From: Chloroflexi bacterium 54-19
GTDB taxonomy: Bacteria > Chloroflexota > Chloroflexia > Chloroheliales > Chloroheliaceae
Length of the DNA: 64,000 bases
NCBI GenBank assembly: GCA_001898225.1
Contig: MKTJ01000034.1
Coordinates: 13,871 to 77,870 of the forward strand
Reading direction: 5' to 3'
Below are positions 1-8,337 of this stretch, in pieces; the first letter of the stretch is position 1; every line of letters begins with the position of its first letter. A program made the position numbers and the translations under genes. The notes under the pieces are model-generated. The model was not told where the DNA came from. It saw nothing but the letters and a program-made list of their open reading frames with translations, and did not search any database.

Positions 1-19
1 TCACCAATTTTAGCGTAAC

Positions 20-53
20 AAAAAAGCAGCCTCCTACTTTTGTGGGAAGCTGC
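20..53 (-). terminator. Rho-independent terminator downstream of secF
   Basis: Hairpin at 26-53 (GCAGCCTCC...GGGAAGCTGC, one mismatch and one G-U). It is followed on the minus strand by a T-run (A-run 20-25 on the + strand) and lies ~80 nt after the secF stop. Confidence 0.55.
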
Positions 54-62
54 TTTTTCTTT

Positions 63-117
63 GTCATTCCGAGCGAAGTCGAGAAATCTCAGCGCCGTTG
101 GCGCAAGTTAAATCCTG
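63..117. repeat. Dispersed repeat copy A (GTCATTCCGAGCG-AAGTCGAGAAATCTC-hairpin)
   Basis: About 45 nt closely resemble 45582-45622. Both copies start GTCATTCCGAGCG, contain GAG(A/G)AATCTC and end in a small stem with a GTT loop (GCGCC-GTT-GGCGC here). Confidence 0.6.
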
Positions 118-132
118 ATTGAACACACGAAA

Positions 133-1200
133 CTAGCGGGCGCTGGTGACCGGCTGCCGGGTGGGGGCATCGGTTTTGGGACCATTTTTGCGGCCACCAA
201 AGAAACGCCGGAATTCGCCTTTCTCCCAGATTACCAGCAGCATCGAGGCGTTAAAGATACTCGAATAAGTCCCGCTGATAATACCAATCAGGAGCGCCAG
301 CACGAAGTTGCGGACGGTAGCGCCACCAAAGAGGTACAGGGCCGAAAGGGTAAAGATAACCGTCAGCGAGGTGTTTAGGGACCGGACCAGGGTCTGGACC
401 AGGCTATGGTTGACCAGCGAGTCGAACGGTTCGCCGGGAGTGCGAATCTGGTTCTCCCGAATACGGTCGAAGACTACAATCGAGTCGTGAACCGAGAAAC
501 CGATGACCGTTAGCAGGGCCGTAACAAACAGGGAGTCAATTTCCACCCCGAAGAAGTAGCCCAGGATGGCGAAGATACCCAGCACCACCAGCACGTCATG
601 GACCATCGCGAAGATAGCGCAGAGACCATAACGCCAGGGCCGTTTCACCTTGCGGAAGGCGTAAGCCAGGTAAGCCAGGATACCAATCGAAGCCAGGATT
701 ACCGCGACAAAGGACCGGGTAGTCACTTCCCCGGCGACGGTCGGGCCGGAAGTGGTCAGGCCGAGTTTCTGAGGGTCGAAGCCATTGGCGGTGCCGAACT
801 TCTGGGTCAGGGCGTTGGTCAGGACCGTCTTTTCGTCGGTATTGTCGAAAATCTGGCCGGTGCGGACTACTACCAGGCCGTTATCGCTTTGCTGGGCGAT
901 AGCCTGGAAAGCCTGGCGCTGGCGCTGGGCCAGCAGGTCCAACTCCGCCTGGTTTTTGTCTGGTTTGGTCTGCAACTGGGTTATAAAAGTGGCGTCGGCG
1001 CTCTTTAAGGTGTTTTCGATGTCTGCCCCGGCGGGAACCTTGTCTTTATTGAAATAGATGTCCCAGGAGGTACCCCCGGTGAAGTCAATACTGGCCCGCA
1101 ACCCGCCCAGCAGGATAAAGATTACCCCAGGAAGGATAATTACCAGCGAGATAACGATAAAGGTCCAGCGGTGTTTAACTAAATCAAGCGACTTTTTCAT
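133..1200 (-). CDS. secF: Protein translocase subunit SecF
   Basis: 355 aa. An N-terminal TM segment and periplasmic domain are followed by a C-terminal 5-TM bundle with typical SecF strings (IDFTGGT, GFSVHDSIVVFDRIREN). It lies directly downstream of secD. Confidence 0.93.
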   Translation of the reverse strand: MKKSLDLVKHRWTFIVISLVIILPGVIFILLGGLRASIDFTGGTSWDIYFNKDKVPAGADIENTLKSADATFITQLQTKPDKNQAELDLLAQRQRQAFQAIAQQSDNGLVVVRTGQIFDNTDEKTVLTNALTQKFGTANGFDPQKLGLTTSGPTVAGEVTTRSFVAVILASIGILAYLAYAFRKVKRPWRYGLCAIFAMVHDVLVVLGIFAILGYFFGVEIDSLFVTALLTVIGFSVHDSIVVFDRIRENQIRTPGEPFDSLVNHSLVQTLVRSLNTSLTVIFTLSALYLFGGATVRNFVLALLIGIISGTYSSIFNASMLLVIWEKGEFRRFFGGRKNGPKTDAPTRQPVTSAR

Positions 1201-1270
1201 TCTAAATTCTTTCTCTTTCCTCTTTCAAAGGTAGCGCCGGGATGCTTTGCATTAAACCCGGCGTCTCCTT

Positions 1271-2950
1271 TTAGACCTGCTGAACCTCTTCTGCTTGCCG
1301 CCGGGTCCGGTTCATACCGAACCACCAGCCGCCCCTGGTCAGGTGGCGCTGGCTGCCGGTTATCAGGAACATCAGGCGCAGGAAAGTGTGGGTGACCGTG
1401 ATAGCCGTGAACATACTGCACAACACACCGATAGCCAGGGTCAGGGCGAAGCCTTTAATGGTACTGGTGCCGGTGAAGTCGCCAAACCAGTAAAGGATAC
1501 CGCAGGTAATCAGGGTCGAGATGTTGCTATCCCGGATGGAGGGCCAGGCGTTGCGGAAGCCTTCTTCGACGGCCCTTTCAATCGAGCGGCCCAGACGTAA
1601 CTCTTCCTTCATGCGGGCGAAGATAAGCACGTTAGCGTCTACAGCCATACCAATTGAAAGAATAAACCCGGCGATACCGGCCAGGGTCAGCACCACGCCC
1701 AAGAGCTTAAAGAGGGCGAAGTTGATAATCGAGTAGATTACCAGCGCAAAGACGGCCAGCAGGCCGGGCAGGCGGAAGTACAAAATCATGAAAGCCGCCA
1801 CGATACCAAGACCGACAATACCGGCAATAAGGCTGCGGTCAATCGAGTCGGTGCCGAGGGTCGCGCCGACCTTGCGGCTGGCGATAACATCGAGTTGGAC
1901 CGGCAAGGAGCCATACTTGAGTTGCAAAACCAGGTTCTGGGCATCAGCTTTACCGGCAGCAGTCTGCCAGTTCGGGCTGGTGATTTCACCCTGGTTCGAG
2001 ATAACGCCCTGGATGGTCGCGGCAGAAATAACCTGCCCGTCGAGGACGATAGCCATTTGCTGGCCGAGGTGCTGGCTGGTGAAGTTGCTAAAGGTGTTAG
2101 TGGCATCGGCTTTTACACCAAACAGCACTTTGTAGCCGCCGCCCGTATCGGCAAACCCGATGTCAATCTTGGCCGGATCCAACTGATCACCGGTAATAAC
2201 GGTCTGGAAAGGTTGGTTGCTGGCGTTCAGCTTGCCGGGTGCGGGCGTAGCGGTCGCCGAAACCGTCGGAGACGCGCCGGGAGTGGTCGAAGCCCCACCG
2301 GCAGCCGCCGTGGTCGCACCGGGGGTAGTCGCCGCAGTCGCGGTCGCACCGGGAGTGGTGCCGGTGGTTGCACCGGGCGTAGTGGCACCAGGGGTACCGC
2401 CCGGACCAATCGCTTCATTCGAAGGGGTGCTGGGGGTAGTGCTGGTCGTACTGGTAGCGGTGGTGCTGCTGGTTACGCCGGTCCCGCACAGGTTAGGCGC
2501 GGCCTGGTAGAGCGAGCCGGTCGTACAATAGGTCGTCTGGACGGTATCACCGGTATTAAGCTGGGTAGTACCCGCGTCGATAAATTCGAGGCGGCCCGTG
2601 CTACCGATAGCTTTCTTCACGGCATTTTCGTCGGTCACACCGGGCAATTCCACGCTGATGCGGTTGTTACCCTGGATAGTGATGCTGGGTTCGTTGGTCC
2701 CCAGGCCGTTCACGCGTTTTTCAATAATCTGGCGGGCGGCTTGCAGGCGGTCAGCCGTAACATTGTTGTCGCGGGCTTGCAGCAAGATTTGATAGCCGCC
2801 TTGCAGGTCGAGGCCCTCTTTGACGCTTAAATCTAGCGAACCGCCCAGGATATTTTCGGTGCGGTTGCCACCAAAAACAATCCAGGCGGCTACGGCCACG
2901 ATCAGGGCAATACCCAGCAAGGCTAAAAGGTTGTTCCTAACTCGATGCAC
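1271..2950 (-). CDS. secD: Protein translocase subunit SecD, with a Thr/Pro/Gly/Ala-rich insertion in the periplasmic domain
   Basis: SecD hallmarks are present (LDLQGG, RVNGLG, ISVELPG, GRLEF, C-terminal GMAVDANVLIFARMKEE). The longest ORF reaches a TTG at 3013 that has no RBS. GTG at 2950 is preceded by GGAGAG at 9-nt spacing, so I prefer that start. Confidence 0.9.
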   Translation of the reverse strand: MHRVRNNLLALLGIALIVAVAAWIVFGGNRTENILGGSLDLSVKEGLDLQGGYQILLQARDNNVTADRLQAARQIIEKRVNGLGTNEPSITIQGNNRISVELPGVTDENAVKKAIGSTGRLEFIDAGTTQLNTGDTVQTTYCTTGSLYQAAPNLCGTGVTSSTTATSTTSTTPSTPSNEAIGPGGTPGATTPGATTGTTPGATATAATTPGATTAAAGGASTTPGASPTVSATATPAPGKLNASNQPFQTVITGDQLDPAKIDIGFADTGGGYKVLFGVKADATNTFSNFTSQHLGQQMAIVLDGQVISAATIQGVISNQGEITSPNWQTAAGKADAQNLVLQLKYGSLPVQLDVIASRKVGATLGTDSIDRSLIAGIVGLGIVAAFMILYFRLPGLLAVFALVIYSIINFALFKLLGVVLTLAGIAGFILSIGMAVDANVLIFARMKEELRLGRSIERAVEEGFRNAWPSIRDSNISTLITCGILYWFGDFTGTSTIKGFALTLAIGVLCSMFTAITVTHTFLRLMFLITGSQRHLTRGGWWFGMNRTRRQAEEVQQV

Positions 2951-3299
2951 TTTTGTGCTCTCTCCTCTACTTGATTTCCCATTGGGGGTTAAGGTTAGAT
3001 TTTTTGCCCTCAAAAGGGCCGAATAAGTGCGGTCCGCTCAGATTTATAAGGATTTTTGGATATTAGCTGTGGACAGCATTCCAAATTATAGTGGACGGAG
3101 GGGGGAGTGTCAATTATCAGGTAAGGACAAAACCACCCGGCCTGGTTGGCAGCGATTAGAAATCAATTAGCATTTTATAAATTTTTTAGCAAAGAATTAG
3201 GGGCAGGAAGCAAACCAAACGGAGTTGCACCTTAAATCAAACTAAAAAAATAAAAGGTTGAGTTAAAGCGGTTAAAACAAGTTTTAAGTTTAACGGAAT

Positions 3300-3521
3300 C
3301 TAGGCAGGGTTCTCGATACGGGCAATCAGGCGGCTATTCTGTTCCATCATGGACTCAACCTGATTCATGACGGCCATCAGGCGCTCGGTATAGTCGGGAT
3401 AAACTTCCATAAGAGATACACAATCCATCAGGAGTTTGTTACAAAGTTGTTGCTGGGTCTTGAGGCGAGAAAGACGCTGGTTAGGGGTCTCTTTGCCGCT
3501 AATGGAACTGGTGCTGGTCAT
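3300..3521 (-). CDS. Small hypothetical protein (73 aa, predicted helical)
   Basis: ATG is preceded by AAGGAAA at ~10 nt. The ORF is isolated between two AT-rich spacers and I recognise no similarity. Confidence 0.4.
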   Translation of the reverse strand: MTSTSSISGKETPNQRLSRLKTQQQLCNKLLMDCVSLMEVYPDYTERLMAVMNQVESMMEQNSRLIARIENPA

Positions 3522-3685
3522 GCTAAAAACGTTTCCTTAAAAATCGTACTACAATAACTATATCAGGTACTGGTTTAAAGGTTAAAGCGTTCCGTGTTGG
3601 ATTAATAAAAATATAACAAATTCACGCGAGTAAATCAATTCAAATGCGTTAAGAGTTTATGTCTTTTTGTTTAGAAAATTTTAAC

Positions 3686-4870
3686 TCAGTATTTCGCCCG
3701 TGTTACCGGGTTCTGGCGAAAGCGGGCCCGTTCGGAAGAGTCGAGCATCCGGTAATCATCGGCCTGTAATAGAATGGTCCGGCACAATTCCCGGTCGTAC
3801 AGACGGGAGCGAATCCGCCCATCCAGGCTATCCAGGTCGTTATTGGTCGTAATCACCGTCGGCAGTTTGGCATTATAGCGGTGATTGATTATCTGGTAAA
3901 GCTTCTCGCGCGCCCAGGGCTTGGCGTTTTCGGTGCCGAGGTCGTCAAGAATCAAGAGCGGCACGTTCCGAATCATTTCGAAACGCTGGTCGTAACTGGC
4001 CTCACTGTTGGGGTCGAAGGTGGAGCGCAAATAGTCGAGCAGGTCGGGCACGACCGCAAAATAGAGCCGGATATGCCGGTTGAGCGCCTCGTTGGCAATA
4101 GCGGCGGCCAGGTGGGTTTTGCCGCACCCGTAGTTCCCGATGAAAAGCAGCCAGTCGCTGGGGTCTTTGGCATATTTCAGGGCGGCTTCGTAGGCATCGC
4201 GGGTCTTGGGTACACGCGGGTTAAAGGTTTCGAAGGTCAGGTCGCGGAAAAGCTCGATATTACTGGTTTTTTTCAACTCCTCGAAAGCCTTGCGGTCTTT
4301 GAGGGCCATTGTACATTCGCAGGGAACCAGCTTGCCGAAATTCTGGTCACCGACGGGCGAATCTAGACGCAGCCAACCGCTACCCTTACAAAACTGGCAG
4401 ACATTCTCCTCGATATAGGGCTCGAAATTGTCCTCGATAGGTGCGAAGGGGCTGGTTGCCGAGGTCGCGAAATTGTTCAGGTGGACGACCTTGGCCGGTT
4501 CAGGCGGGGTAGGGCGCTGGGATGGCACGACCTCCCGGCCCTGGGCGGACGCAGGCGCAACCCGGTTTGGCGTAGGTGGGTTGCCCAGCGGTGGGTTAGT
4601 CCTGGGAGCCTGGTTCAGTGAGGTGGGCATATTTCCCGGTCGTATATTTAGTGAAGTCAATAGGTCCTCGGCGGCTAGAGGGCGTGGAAGATCCTCCCGA
4701 CGTGCCGTTGGCCGGGCCGGGCGCTGTTGTTCCTGGCGCAGCCGTTCCATCTCCTGCCAGACCCGTTCGTCCATTTCCTCTTGCTCGTTGCGCAGCGGAG
4801 TTACCCTGGCCGGGTTTCGGTCGCGACCGCTCGGCTGACCGTTCGACAGTTTGATTTCGTTCTCGTCCAT
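3686..4870 (-). CDS. DnaC/DnaI-like AAA+ helicase loader with an N-terminal Cys-cluster (zinc-ribbon-like) region
   Basis: Walker A is GNYGCGKTHLAAAIANE and Walker B is LLILDDLGTE, in an IstB/DnaC-like C-terminal half. CQFCKGSG...VPCEC lies upstream of the ATPase. ATG at 4870 has a GGAG 11 nt upstream and G/C-rich third codon positions from the first codon. An alternative ATG lies at 4630. Confidence 0.85.
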   Translation of the reverse strand: MDENEIKLSNGQPSGRDRNPARVTPLRNEQEEMDERVWQEMERLRQEQQRPARPTARREDLPRPLAAEDLLTSLNIRPGNMPTSLNQAPRTNPPLGNPPTPNRVAPASAQGREVVPSQRPTPPEPAKVVHLNNFATSATSPFAPIEDNFEPYIEENVCQFCKGSGWLRLDSPVGDQNFGKLVPCECTMALKDRKAFEELKKTSNIELFRDLTFETFNPRVPKTRDAYEAALKYAKDPSDWLLFIGNYGCGKTHLAAAIANEALNRHIRLYFAVVPDLLDYLRSTFDPNSEASYDQRFEMIRNVPLLILDDLGTENAKPWAREKLYQIINHRYNAKLPTVITTNNDLDSLDGRIRSRLYDRELCRTILLQADDYRMLDSSERARFRQNPVTRAKY

Positions 4871-5669
4871 TGGTTACCCAGTTCTCCAAAATACGAATAA
4901 TATATGCCCAGCTACGCCGGTTATAGTTGACTGCTTCGGCGAAAGCTTCCTCAATCCAGGCCGCCGGGTAAAGGTTCTCGGCTTCCCGCAATCTTTCGCT
5001 TAAAATAGGAGTGAGCGCCCCGATGTTTTGCTCATATAAGGTGTATATATCGGGCCGGGAGGAACGCACCCGCCACTGGCGTTGTTTGTTCCACTTTTTG
5101 ATTTCAGAAAGGGCCGCACTGTTGCGGGGTGTCTCCCCGCTGGCCGCAGCGTCCGGCAACGGTTTGTCCCAGAGGTCTACCCCGACCAGCAGGTTAGTAT
5201 CCTCGATTTGAATCTCGCCTTTTTCCAGACCCGCCAGGAACTCGCGATTCCCCGCCGTATTGAGCAGGAACCAGGTCACTGTTACGGGTTCCAGGTCGCC
5301 TTTTACCGGGCCGTTGCCAAAAAATTCGGGCGGCGGCGGGGCGGCTTCCACCCGCAGCAGGCTCCCACGGGCCATACATAGTTCGAGGGCTTCGCGGAGA
5401 TGTTCTATAGCCGGGCGAGGGTCGCCCCCCTTGCGCAGCCCGGTCAATAATTCGGTGGATTCGGCTAATTCCCAGTAGCCGACCCATTTCGGCTCACCCC
5501 GTTTTTGTCCGGCCAGGAACATAAAATAAAGCAGGGTCTTAAGTTCGTTAGGGTTGGAAATCTGGGGCAAAAGCTGGGTGAAGAAAGCCCCCGGCACCCC
5601 GGTCAGGCGGCGGTCTCGTTCGCTATTGGGTCCACTCAGGCTATCAAAACCTACAAACTTACTCGGCAT
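4596..5669 (-). CDS. DnaD-domain replication initiation / helicase-loading protein
   Basis: The N-terminal region looks like a winged helix. The string YPAAWIEEAFAEAVNYNRRSWAYIIRILENW matches the DnaD/DnaB_2 C-terminal domain pattern. The gene sits between dnaB and the AAA+ loader, and its low-complexity tail overlaps the loader ORF. Confidence 0.7.
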   Translation of the reverse strand: MPSKFVGFDSLSGPNSERDRRLTGVPGAFFTQLLPQISNPNELKTLLYFMFLAGQKRGEPKWVGYWELAESTELLTGLRKGGDPRPAIEHLREALELCMARGSLLRVEAAPPPPEFFGNGPVKGDLEPVTVTWFLLNTAGNREFLAGLEKGEIQIEDTNLLVGVDLWDKPLPDAAASGETPRNSAALSEIKKWNKQRQWRVRSSRPDIYTLYEQNIGALTPILSERLREAENLYPAAWIEEAFAEAVNYNRRSWAYIIRILENWVTNGRERNQTVERSAERSRPKPGQGNSAAQRARGNGRTGLAGDGTAAPGTTAPGPANGTSGGSSTPSSRRGPIDFTKYTTGKYAHLTEPGSQD

Positions 5670-5788
5670 CGTCTCTTTAAAAATCCTTTCGCCCCTTTTA
5701 GTAAGTACAACCGCCGTTTTTCCAGCCAGGTTGCGGGTCGCAAGCGCAAAGGCAAGTTAACACTGCTAAGACCCGGTCGGACGGCTAA

Positions 5789-7246
5789 CTAACGACCGGG
5801 CGCGCGATAAGGTTCACAATCGGCAAAGCGGGTGGTTTTGTGGTGGAAGTAAAGCGGCACCACGTCCACCGGCCCGTTGCGGTGTTTGGCGACGTGAATC
5901 TCGGCGATATTTTTCTTCTCGGTCTCCGGGTTATATAACTCTTCCCGGTAGATAAACATTACAATATCGGCGTCCTGCTCGATGGCGCCAGACTCGCGAA
6001 GGTCGGAAAGTTGCGGGACGTGGCTGGTGCGGTTCTCAACGGCGCGGCTCAACTGGCTCAGACAGATAACCGGGATATTGAGTTCGCGGGCCAACCCCTT
6101 CAGGTTACGCGAGATTTCCGAGACTTCCTGGACGCGGTTGTCGGTTTTACCGCCGCTCATCAATTGTAAGTAGTCGATAATCAGCATTTCGATGCCGTAT
6201 TCGGCGTGGAGGCGGCGGGCTTTCGAGCGCAACTCCTGAATGGAGATACCGGCGGAGTCGTCGATGTAGAGCGGGGCAGTCGCCAGGCGTCCAAAGGCCC
6301 GGCTGATTCTATCCCACTCGGTTTCGTCGATGTAGCCCGTGCGGAGACGGTGGGAGTCGACACCGGTTTCCATCGCCAGCATACGTTGGACCAGTTGTTC
6401 CCGCGACATTTCCAGGCTGAAGACCCCGACCGGGCGCTTGTATTTCATTACGATGTTGTAGGCGACACCCATCGCGAAAGAGGTTTTACCGACCGAGGGA
6501 CGGGCGGCCAGGATTATCAGGTCGGACTGCTGGAAACCACCGGTCAGTTTGTCGAGATCGGTAAAGCCGCTCGGCACCCCGACCAGTTCGCCTCGGTGTT
6601 CATGGAGGAAGGCCAGGCGGTCGAAATATTCTTCCAGGATGGAGCCAACTTTGACGGCGTCCTTTTTGACACCCTGCTGGACCACGTTGTGAATGAGTTG
6701 CTGGGCCTGGTCGACCATGTCCTGGGTTTCGAGGCTCTCGTCAAAGCCGAGGGAGGTCACCTGGGCCCCGGCGCCAATCAAACGGCGCATGACCGAGTAG
6801 CGCAGGACGATTTTGGCATAGTGTTCGACGTGGACCGGGCTGGCGGTGCTGCGCATCAGGTTTAAAAGGTAAGAAGCTTTAACCTGGCCCTCGCCTTCAC
6901 CGAGCTTGCCGCGTCGCCGGAGTTCGTCACGCAGGGTGATTACATCGCTGGGAGTGCGCTGTTCATAAAGGTCCATGACCGCTTCGTAGACGGCGGCCCG
7001 TTCTTCGCCAAAGAAGTCCGCCGGGCGAAGCATTGGGGCGACCTTGATAATGGTGTCGCGGTCAATCAGAAGGGCGCCGATGACGGCTTCTTCCGCCTCA
7101 AGGTTATGGGGGATAGCTTTTTCGGCCCCCGGATTGGAGGTAACCTGAAATCCGGCCCCGCTGTTGTTGCGGCGGCGACCGTTATCGCGTTCGTATGGAG
7201 GGATACTATCGGAAGTGGAAAAAGGAAGTGTTGTCTCGCTTGACAT
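5789..7246 (-). CDS. dnaB: Replicative DNA helicase DnaB
   Basis: 485 aa with NLEAEEAVIGALL at the N-terminus, Walker A ARPSVGKTSFA, IIDYLQLM and the SQLSRAVE motif. No intein-sized insertion. It follows rplI, as in many bacteria. Confidence 0.95.
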   Translation of the reverse strand: MSSETTLPFSTSDSIPPYERDNGRRRNNSGAGFQVTSNPGAEKAIPHNLEAEEAVIGALLIDRDTIIKVAPMLRPADFFGEERAAVYEAVMDLYEQRTPSDVITLRDELRRRGKLGEGEGQVKASYLLNLMRSTASPVHVEHYAKIVLRYSVMRRLIGAGAQVTSLGFDESLETQDMVDQAQQLIHNVVQQGVKKDAVKVGSILEEYFDRLAFLHEHRGELVGVPSGFTDLDKLTGGFQQSDLIILAARPSVGKTSFAMGVAYNIVMKYKRPVGVFSLEMSREQLVQRMLAMETGVDSHRLRTGYIDETEWDRISRAFGRLATAPLYIDDSAGISIQELRSKARRLHAEYGIEMLIIDYLQLMSGGKTDNRVQEVSEISRNLKGLARELNIPVICLSQLSRAVENRTSHVPQLSDLRESGAIEQDADIVMFIYREELYNPETEKKNIAEIHVAKHRNGPVDVVPLYFHHKTTRFADCEPYRAPGR

Positions 7247-7581
7247 AGCCGCTATCTACCTCACGATGCGTTATTACGAAACGCGATAGCCCGACTATAT
7301 CTCAAAATAACCAAAAGCCGCCGTTTGGCATCCGGTTCCGGGCTATGCCGCCTAAGCCTATCTTTTGAATCAAAAGAGGCCAGCCAACTTTAATACCGGA
7401 CCGGTAGCGGATAAGGGATGGCCGTGTCTAAAGCAATTGACCCAAATCCCGGTAGCTTTGGCGGTGTAGTCAGGCCCGTATCCACTGAGCGTCGGGAACA
7501 GAGGGGCGGAACCGGACTACCTGCTAAATGCTTAAATTTTTAATTCGTTGGGGTACGGCCAGGGCTACACCCCATCAAAAT

Positions 7582-8091
7582 CTAACTCTGGACGGTATCG
7601 GCACCGCTATCGACCACTTCGGGAGTGGCAGGAGTTGCGGTGGCAGCTTCGTCCTCGACAATAACTTTCACTTTGGGAGCCAGGCGACCCACCAACCGGA
7701 CCGTTACATCGTATTCACCCACGCTGTGGATGTTTTCAGGCAGTTCCACCTTGCGGCGGTCAATTTCCTGGCCGAGTTTGGCGCTGAGGGCATCGGCAAT
7801 CTGGGCGCTGGTGATGGAACCGTACAGGCGGCCATTCTGGCCGACGCGGGCGGTCAGGCGAACAGTCTGCTGCTCGATTTGACCGGCCAAAGCGCGATTT
7901 TCTTCCTCGGCGCGGGCGATTTTCTTTTCGTCGGCAGCTTTTTTCTGCTCGATCAGTTTGACGGTACCGGGAGTTGCCGGTTTCGCCAGGCCACGCGGTA
8001 AGAGGTAGTTGCGAGCGTAACCATTTTTAACTTCCTGGATGGTTCCGGTAGTACCCAGGTTTTGTACATCTTCGGTCAGAATAACCTTCAT
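7582..8091 (-). CDS. rplI: 50S ribosomal protein L9
   Basis: The protein starts MKVILTEDVQNLGTTGTIQEVKNGYARNYLLPRGLA, the canonical L9 N-terminus. It has a short acidic/Ala-Thr C-terminal extension. Confidence 0.93.
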   Translation of the reverse strand: MKVILTEDVQNLGTTGTIQEVKNGYARNYLLPRGLAKPATPGTVKLIEQKKAADEKKIARAEEENRALAGQIEQQTVRLTARVGQNGRLYGSITSAQIADALSAKLGQEIDRRKVELPENIHSVGEYDVTVRLVGRLAPKVKVIVEDEAATATPATPEVVDSGADTVQS

Positions 8092-8337
8092 TTTAAGACA
8101 ATCAGCTCCTTCAATTCGTTACGGGTCTTGCCTTTAGCTCCATCGGTTAAAATCAGAGGAGCAGGGCGGAATCGTTAATTTTTATAATCAAGCCATTATA
8201 ACATCTCAGGCCCGCAGCGTCTAGTCGTAGGTGGCTCTTTTTTAGGCGGATAAGGATACAGCCTCGTGGGGAAATGTAGACAACCTCTTGATAAACCCCG
8301 TGGAAAAGTTGATAACCCCTAACCACAAGAAATTCTT

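Noticed and set aside
3068-3076. DnaA boxes or a replication origin in the AT-rich spacers near the replication genes (TGTGGACAG at 3068-3076; TTATCAA repeats at 8288-8319).
   Set aside because: Each candidate has 2 or more mismatches to TTATCCACA, there is no cluster of boxes, and no dnaA or dnaN lies nearby.
7528-8001. 157-aa + strand ORF overlapping rplI.
   Set aside because: It is antisense to a canonical L9 gene and has no recognisable features.
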